Notes under the pieces: model-generated
The model's input: only the letters and a program-made list of their open reading frames with translations
Databases searched by the model: none
What the model was told of the DNA's origin: nothing
Position numbers and translations under genes: made by a program
Source: Nanobdellota archaeon
Lineage (GTDB): Archaea > Nanobdellota > Nanobdellia > Woesearchaeales > JACJVW01
Reading direction: 5' to 3'
Length of the DNA: 48,942 nt
Assembly (NCBI GenBank): GCA_051819765.1
Contig: JBNJGT010000002.1
Coordinates: 1-48,942, forward strand
Shown: positions 45,026 through 48,942 of the stretch, piece after piece
Position numbering within the stretch: the stretch's first letter is position 1
Layout of the letters: every line of letters begins with the position of its first letter

Positions 45026-46378
45026 TCATGCTATGGTGAACAATTCAACCTTATGCTTTGCCCCTTTGGGCTTGAATATACCCAGGTTTTTCATCTGCTT
45101 CTGTTTTGCTGGTGTCAAAAGATCATAGAACGACCGGCTTGCAAGAAGGTATGTCTTTGTGCTCTTGTTATAATCCTCAAGCCGCTGGGCGATTGACAAC
45201 CCTTCTGAGAAATGATCCATCTGACGGTATCCCTTCGGTCCTACATACGTCTCGATCACGTCATCCACGTGGATTCCGACCCGTGTTGGAAGCCTCTTGT
45301 ATCGGCTTATCTTCTTTGCAGCCTCAAATGCCTTGTTCGCGTCATCAGGATCAAAGAACGCGATGATGCTATCTCCCACGTACTTGTCAACCTCAGCGCC
45401 CTTCTCCACCAGTATGTTGACAATATGATTCACATAGTCATCGAGCAATTTGTTTATGTCCTCAGCCTCCATGTCAGAGGTCCTTCCTGAGTAATTCTCG
45501 ATATCGGATAAGAATATGATCTTTTTGTTTACCTTGGGTTGGAACACCCCCCACAGGAATTTCCTGATATTTTCCGGGAACTCATCAGCCTTGTTGAGCA
45601 CGATCCCCAGGTAACGCTCCAAAAAATCAACCTCATCAGTGCTTTCCCGGTCAGCTTGCGCCCCCACATCCCTGAAGAACCCGTGTTGCTTGCTCTCCTC
45701 TTCAACCCAATGCTGGATCCGGCGGAATCGCTCGCCGACCAGCTTGTTCAGGTAATAATCAATGATTCCCCCGATGACAATCATGACTACTATCATCTCA
45801 AGGTAAAAGAATATGTTGTGCTTGGCTTCCTCCATCTGGGTCAGTCCCTGCACTGCCCCTCCGAACCGGATGATGATGTAGCCCATGAGGACCATGACCA
45901 CTGACTGCATCTTTGCCCGGATTGTTGCCACATACCGGTTGGATTCATCCTGTGACCCTGCCTTGATTCCGATGAGCCTGTTCAATAATAAGGATGATTT
46001 CTGCACCTTACCAGTTTTCACCAATACCTTAGTGATGCGCCCAAAGCGGGATATGAGCTTCAGTGACCGCAAAACCCGCAGGTTGGCAAGGCCAGGTCCT
46101 GTATAGCTGCCATAGAGGAAACCGAACTCCAGTACTGCCGAGATGATGGCGCTGATATCGACCACGAAATCGATGGAAAACACGTATGTGCCTCTGTGCA
46201 GCCAGGTCTTGATGATGCTATCAAACACGAACAGGATGTTTGAGAGAAAGATAAGCCACAACAGCGCGCTGGTCGAGAACCCGTAGATGATCCCGATTGG
46301 TGGCCCAAAGATGGACACGATGATAGAGATAAGGATTCCCAGTTCCCATAACACACTCTTTTCCAGCCGCTCGAGCAT
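45026..46378 (-). CDS. Class III nucleotidyl (adenylyl/guanylyl) cyclase domain fused to a voltage-sensor-like six-helix membrane domain
   Basis: The fourth helix GLANLRVLRSLKLISRFGRITKVLVK has R/K at every third position. Cyclase motifs KIIFLSDIENYSG, VDKYVGDSIIAFF, TRVGIHVDDV and FSEGLSIAQRLED. Its stop lies 1 nt from the gatB stop. Confidence 0.7.
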   Translation of the reverse strand: MLERLEKSVLWELGILISIIVSIFGPPIGIIYGFSTSALLWLIFLSNILFVFDSIIKTWLHRGTYVFSIDFVVDISAIISAVLEFGFLYGSYTGPGLANLRVLRSLKLISRFGRITKVLVKTGKVQKSSLLLNRLIGIKAGSQDESNRYVATIRAKMQSVVMVLMGYIIIRFGGAVQGLTQMEEAKHNIFFYLEMIVVMIVIGGIIDYYLNKLVGERFRRIQHWVEEESKQHGFFRDVGAQADRESTDEVDFLERYLGIVLNKADEFPENIRKFLWGVFQPKVNKKIIFLSDIENYSGRTSDMEAEDINKLLDDYVNHIVNILVEKGAEVDKYVGDSIIAFFDPDDANKAFEAAKKISRYKRLPTRVGIHVDDVIETYVGPKGYRQMDHFSEGLSIAQRLEDYNKSTKTYLLASRSFYDLLTPAKQKQMKNLGIFKPKGAKHKVELFTIA

Positions 46379-46399
46379 ACCTTTTTTTCCAGCACAAAA

Positions 46400-47476
46400 T
46401 TATTTAAAGCTTTTCATGAGGTCATCGAGTTCCGACGTGATCTTCGCCTCGAAATCAGCGACCTTCATATCCCCTCGCTCCGCAGAGAGGGCCTGCATCA
46501 TGCTCTTTACAAGATCATAATTCTCTCCGATGAGCTCTCGCTCGATCTCAGGCACTGACGCCTCGGTGTGAGCCTCCTCCAGGCGCTCACTGAAAAGCTT
46601 TGAGGTATTTTTCATCACGAACAATGCGTTTCTGGAGTAGAAATGTGAATACATTCGCTTGTGGTTGATCTCAGAGGTCTTACCTTTCATGGCACCAAAA
46701 AGCCGCACCGTGACGACTGTGTTGGAGTAGTCTCCCTCCTGGCACATCTCTTTTTCGATCTCTTCAGCATCCAGGCCTTCACAATCGACCATGACGGGGT
46801 GAACCCTACACACCTGGACCGGCACGAAGGTCGTTGTTCCATCCTCATAGCGGTAGTATCCTCCTCCCTGAAGCAATTCAACCTCCCGGAAATTGTTCGG
46901 GAACAACGGTCCCGGGTAGACGATGTGCTTGTCACCAGTGAATTCCCCTGGTTGATGGATATGTCCTCCTCCATAATACATGAATCCCTTCGGAAGGTCT
47001 TCTACACTAAGCTCCGAGAAATCATGGTACTCTTTAAGGCCGGAATGGAAAAGAAAGATCTTTCGCTCTGCGTCAGCCTGAAATGACCAGAAAAGCTCCT
47101 TGTCAAGACCTCCGCGGAGCCCCTGGATTCCTGCAATCAAGGTATCATCATGCCACACAGGTGTCTGTGAAACATTATGCGCAAGCCCTGCAACATCCAA
47201 CAGGTCAAGCATGGTCTTGCCTGTGGGTGAGTAATCATGGCTTCCCGGGATGAGATACACTGGAATGCCTCTCTGTTTCAATTGTTGAAAAGAAGAAAAG
47301 ACGAACTTGAGCGTGTCAAGGGTCGGTACCGCGGTGTTGAACAGGTCACCGCTGATAATAAGAAAATCCACGTCGCAGTCCGCAATCACCTGGGAGAAGG
47401 CCTGGCGGTTCAGGTCCCGCATAGTGGGGTCCCGCCACGCCCCTAGGTGGCAGTCTGCGATATGGATGAATCTCAT
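46400..47476 (-). CDS. Mre11/SbcD-like calcineurin-fold metallophosphoesterase
   Basis: MRFIHIADCHLG, LIISGDLFN, YLIPGSHDYSP (GSHD instead of GNHD) and GGGHIHQPG. ATGA overlap with the dnaG stop. No Rad50 gene is adjacent. Confidence 0.7.
   Translation of the reverse strand: MRFIHIADCHLGAWRDPTMRDLNRQAFSQVIADCDVDFLIISGDLFNTAVPTLDTLKFVFSSFQQLKQRGIPVYLIPGSHDYSPTGKTMLDLLDVAGLAHNVSQTPVWHDDTLIAGIQGLRGGLDKELFWSFQADAERKIFLFHSGLKEYHDFSELSVEDLPKGFMYYGGGHIHQPGEFTGDKHIVYPGPLFPNNFREVELLQGGGYYRYEDGTTTFVPVQVCRVHPVMVDCEGLDAEEIEKEMCQEGDYSNTVVTVRLFGAMKGKTSEINHKRMYSHFYSRNALFVMKNTSKLFSERLEEAHTEASVPEIERELIGENYDLVKSMMQALSAERGDMKVADFEAKITSELDDLMKSFK
46401..46408 (-). promoter_or_regulatory. TATA box (TTTAAATA on minus strand) of the cyclase gene, overlapping the stop of the upstream gene
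   Basis: 23 nt upstream of the ATG at 46378. Confidence 0.5.
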
Positions 47477-48684
47477 AGCTGGTTGGTGCACAAGATAGTG
47501 GTCTTCTGGCCCTTTGCCTGGCTGTCCATTGCAACGATATACTTGATATTGGTCCGCTCAGCGGTATTGACAAGGTCCTTGTCAACAACACCATCAAGGA
47601 TGACTGCGTGGATGCCTGACTGAAGGCTTTTGATCGTGGTTCCAAGCTCTGAGATAGGTACCTTTCCGAGGATGGTCAGTTTGTCATCCAGGATATAGGC
47701 ACCCCTGGTCCCGATCAGGTCTTCCAGAAGTTCCTTGAACTTTGCCCGCTCATTGTTGTTGAGCCGCGGCTTGTTCTTGTTGTTGTTTTGTTGCTTGACT
47801 TTGTTGAATTTTTGCTTGTGCTGGTATTTCTTATGATCTTCTTCCTGTTCTCTGCCCAACTCAAGTTTGGCCTGCTCTGCTGCAATCTTGCCGCGAAGTG
47901 CCTTGTGGATCTCCTTCTTGGTGATCTCTTCCACTTCCTTGCCGTCAGGTGCATAGCACACGAAGTCCAGCTCAGCAACCGCGAGCAACTCACGAAGGAT
48001 AAGGTTTCCTCCACGATCTCCATCCAGGAATGCGATGATTGTCTTCTTCCGTGACAGTTCAACCACAGTTTTTGGAACAGAAGTACCGTTTAAGGCAACT
48101 GCATTCTTGATACCATGCTTGAGCAGGTTGACAACGTCAGCTCGTCCCTCGACCACCAGAATCTCTTCTGATTCATCGATTGCAGGGCCTGCCGGCAACC
48201 GTTCACCACCATATTCGGTGATCTCCATGACCCGCACCGAGTATGCCACCTCATCGGCGATGTCCTGGCTGTCCGGCATGGTGTCATCCATCATGGTCCG
48301 AAGCAGGTTCTTCGCACGGTCGATGACATAGTTCCGTTTGGAGACGCGCACATCCTCGATGTTTTGTACCTTGATCTTTGCGTTGCAGGGTCCGATGCGC
48401 TGGATGATCTCAAGCGCAGCTCCTATGATTGAGGTCTCAGCCTTGTCAAGGGATGACGGAATGATGATTTGTCCGTTTGATTTACCGGTCTTGGTATCGA
48501 CATTGACTTCGATTCTGCCGATGCGTCCGCTTCGTTGTAGTTCTCTCAGTTCTAGGTCTGCGCCAAGCAGCCCTTCTGTTTGTCCGAATATCGCGCCGAT
48601 TACGTCTGGTCGGTCTACTATGCCGTCAATTTCGATTGATGCATGGATGATATATTTTGAAGATACTGGGGCAATTTTTCCCAT
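47473..48684 (-). CDS. dnaG: Archaeal DnaG-type primase / exosome-associated Toprim protein
   Basis: MGKIAPVSSKYIIHASIEIDGIVDRPDVIGAIFGQTEGLLG. Toprim motifs VVEGRADVVNL and FLDGDRGG. SD GGAGGT lies 7 nt upstream of the ATG at 48684, preferred over the TTG at 48720. Confidence 0.9.
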   Translation of the reverse strand: MGKIAPVSSKYIIHASIEIDGIVDRPDVIGAIFGQTEGLLGADLELRELQRSGRIGRIEVNVDTKTGKSNGQIIIPSSLDKAETSIIGAALEIIQRIGPCNAKIKVQNIEDVRVSKRNYVIDRAKNLLRTMMDDTMPDSQDIADEVAYSVRVMEITEYGGERLPAGPAIDESEEILVVEGRADVVNLLKHGIKNAVALNGTSVPKTVVELSRKKTIIAFLDGDRGGNLILRELLAVAELDFVCYAPDGKEVEEITKKEIHKALRGKIAAEQAKLELGREQEEDHKKYQHKQKFNKVKQQNNNKNKPRLNNNERAKFKELLEDLIGTRGAYILDDKLTILGKVPISELGTTIKSLQSGIHAVILDGVVDKDLVNTAERTNIKYIVAMDSQAKGQKTTILCTNQL

Positions 48685-48942
48685 AGTATGACCTCCTTTC
48701 TGCTTTTGTTGGTCAGCCAAATAGAACTCTCTACCAATACTCTACAGTATGTGATGAAGTGAGTGGTAAATGGCTGGTAAGGGTTGGTGCCCGTCTTACT
48801 AACTCCCAAGCTCATAGCTTGACTTTGTCGTGAGCTTACTTGAGTACTCTCGTAACGGGCTGTAATCTGCAAGGGTGGCTCAAAATCAAGGCCAAAACAT
48901 CCGTTTCAGCTCATTTAAGGACCCATTTGCACATTTTACTAC

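Noticed and set aside
1-48942. Genome-wide reassignment of TGA as a sense codon, as an explanation for the interrupted gene at 23064.
   Set aside because: TGA clearly terminates well-defined genes here at positions matching normal family lengths. Examples are trpS at 1151-1153, topA at 3643-3645, gatB at 45022-45024 and the regulator at 13400-13402.
48685-48942. Non-coding stretch upstream of dnaG with hairpin AAGCTCA (48808-48814) / TGAGCTT (48831-48837), and track ORF 48618-48872(-).
   Set aside because: The region is cut by the window edge. The ORF overlaps the dnaG start out of frame and has no motifs. A single 7-bp stem is not enough to call an RNA gene.
1-48942. Search for CRISPR arrays, rRNA, tRNA, RNase P RNA, SRP RNA, IS elements and integrases.
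   Set aside because: I found no spaced direct repeats, no tRNA T-loop/acceptor patterns in intergenic regions, no GAGGAAAGUCC-type RNase P or GGAAG..AGCA SRP motifs, and no transposase or integrase motifs by eye. A covariance-model scan is still needed to be certain.

Overview
A very gene-dense 48.9-kb stretch of an archaeal chromosome. The archaeal assignment rests on a DnaG-type primase, ABCE1, archease-RtcB, an archaeal/eukaryotic-type TrpRS, a class III signal-peptide pilin-like protein and TATA-box promoters. I call about 50 protein genes and recognise no rRNA, tRNA, CRISPR array, integrase or transposase. Housekeeping content: trpS, a type IA topoisomerase, GatCAB, RtcB/archease, ABCE1, SAH hydrolase, Xth, TrmI, a YchF-like and a small GTPase, PurF, a citramalate-synthase-type enzyme, and a 5-gene MacB/FtsX-type ABC operon with its own regulator. 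Organisation is regular. About twenty first genes have a TATA-like octamer 22-25 nt upstream of the ATG, implying leaderless mRNAs. Internal genes are coupled by ATGA overlaps or carry GGAGG/AGGTG Shine-Dalgarno sites. I used this to shorten many longest-ORF starts in the supplied track. Stand-out observations: (1) a divergent pair sharing one palindromic TATA box, made of a PolB-like protein with intact exonuclease motifs but degenerate polymerase motifs and a 705-aa protein ending in a Cas4/RecB-like Fe-S nuclease domain; (2) a leaderless 16-codon Ile-rich mini-ORF with alternative hairpins in front of citramalate synthase, resembling an attenuator; (3) a CheY receiver / Walker-A-less KaiC / pilin-like / KaiC cluster preceded by a direct repeat; (4) an in-frame TGA at a Cys position conserved in two paralogues; (5) a voltage-sensor-like membrane domain fused to a class III nucleotidyl cyclase; (6) a 1.2-kb ORF-free spacer. 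All functional calls come from motif recognition by eye, with no database search run.
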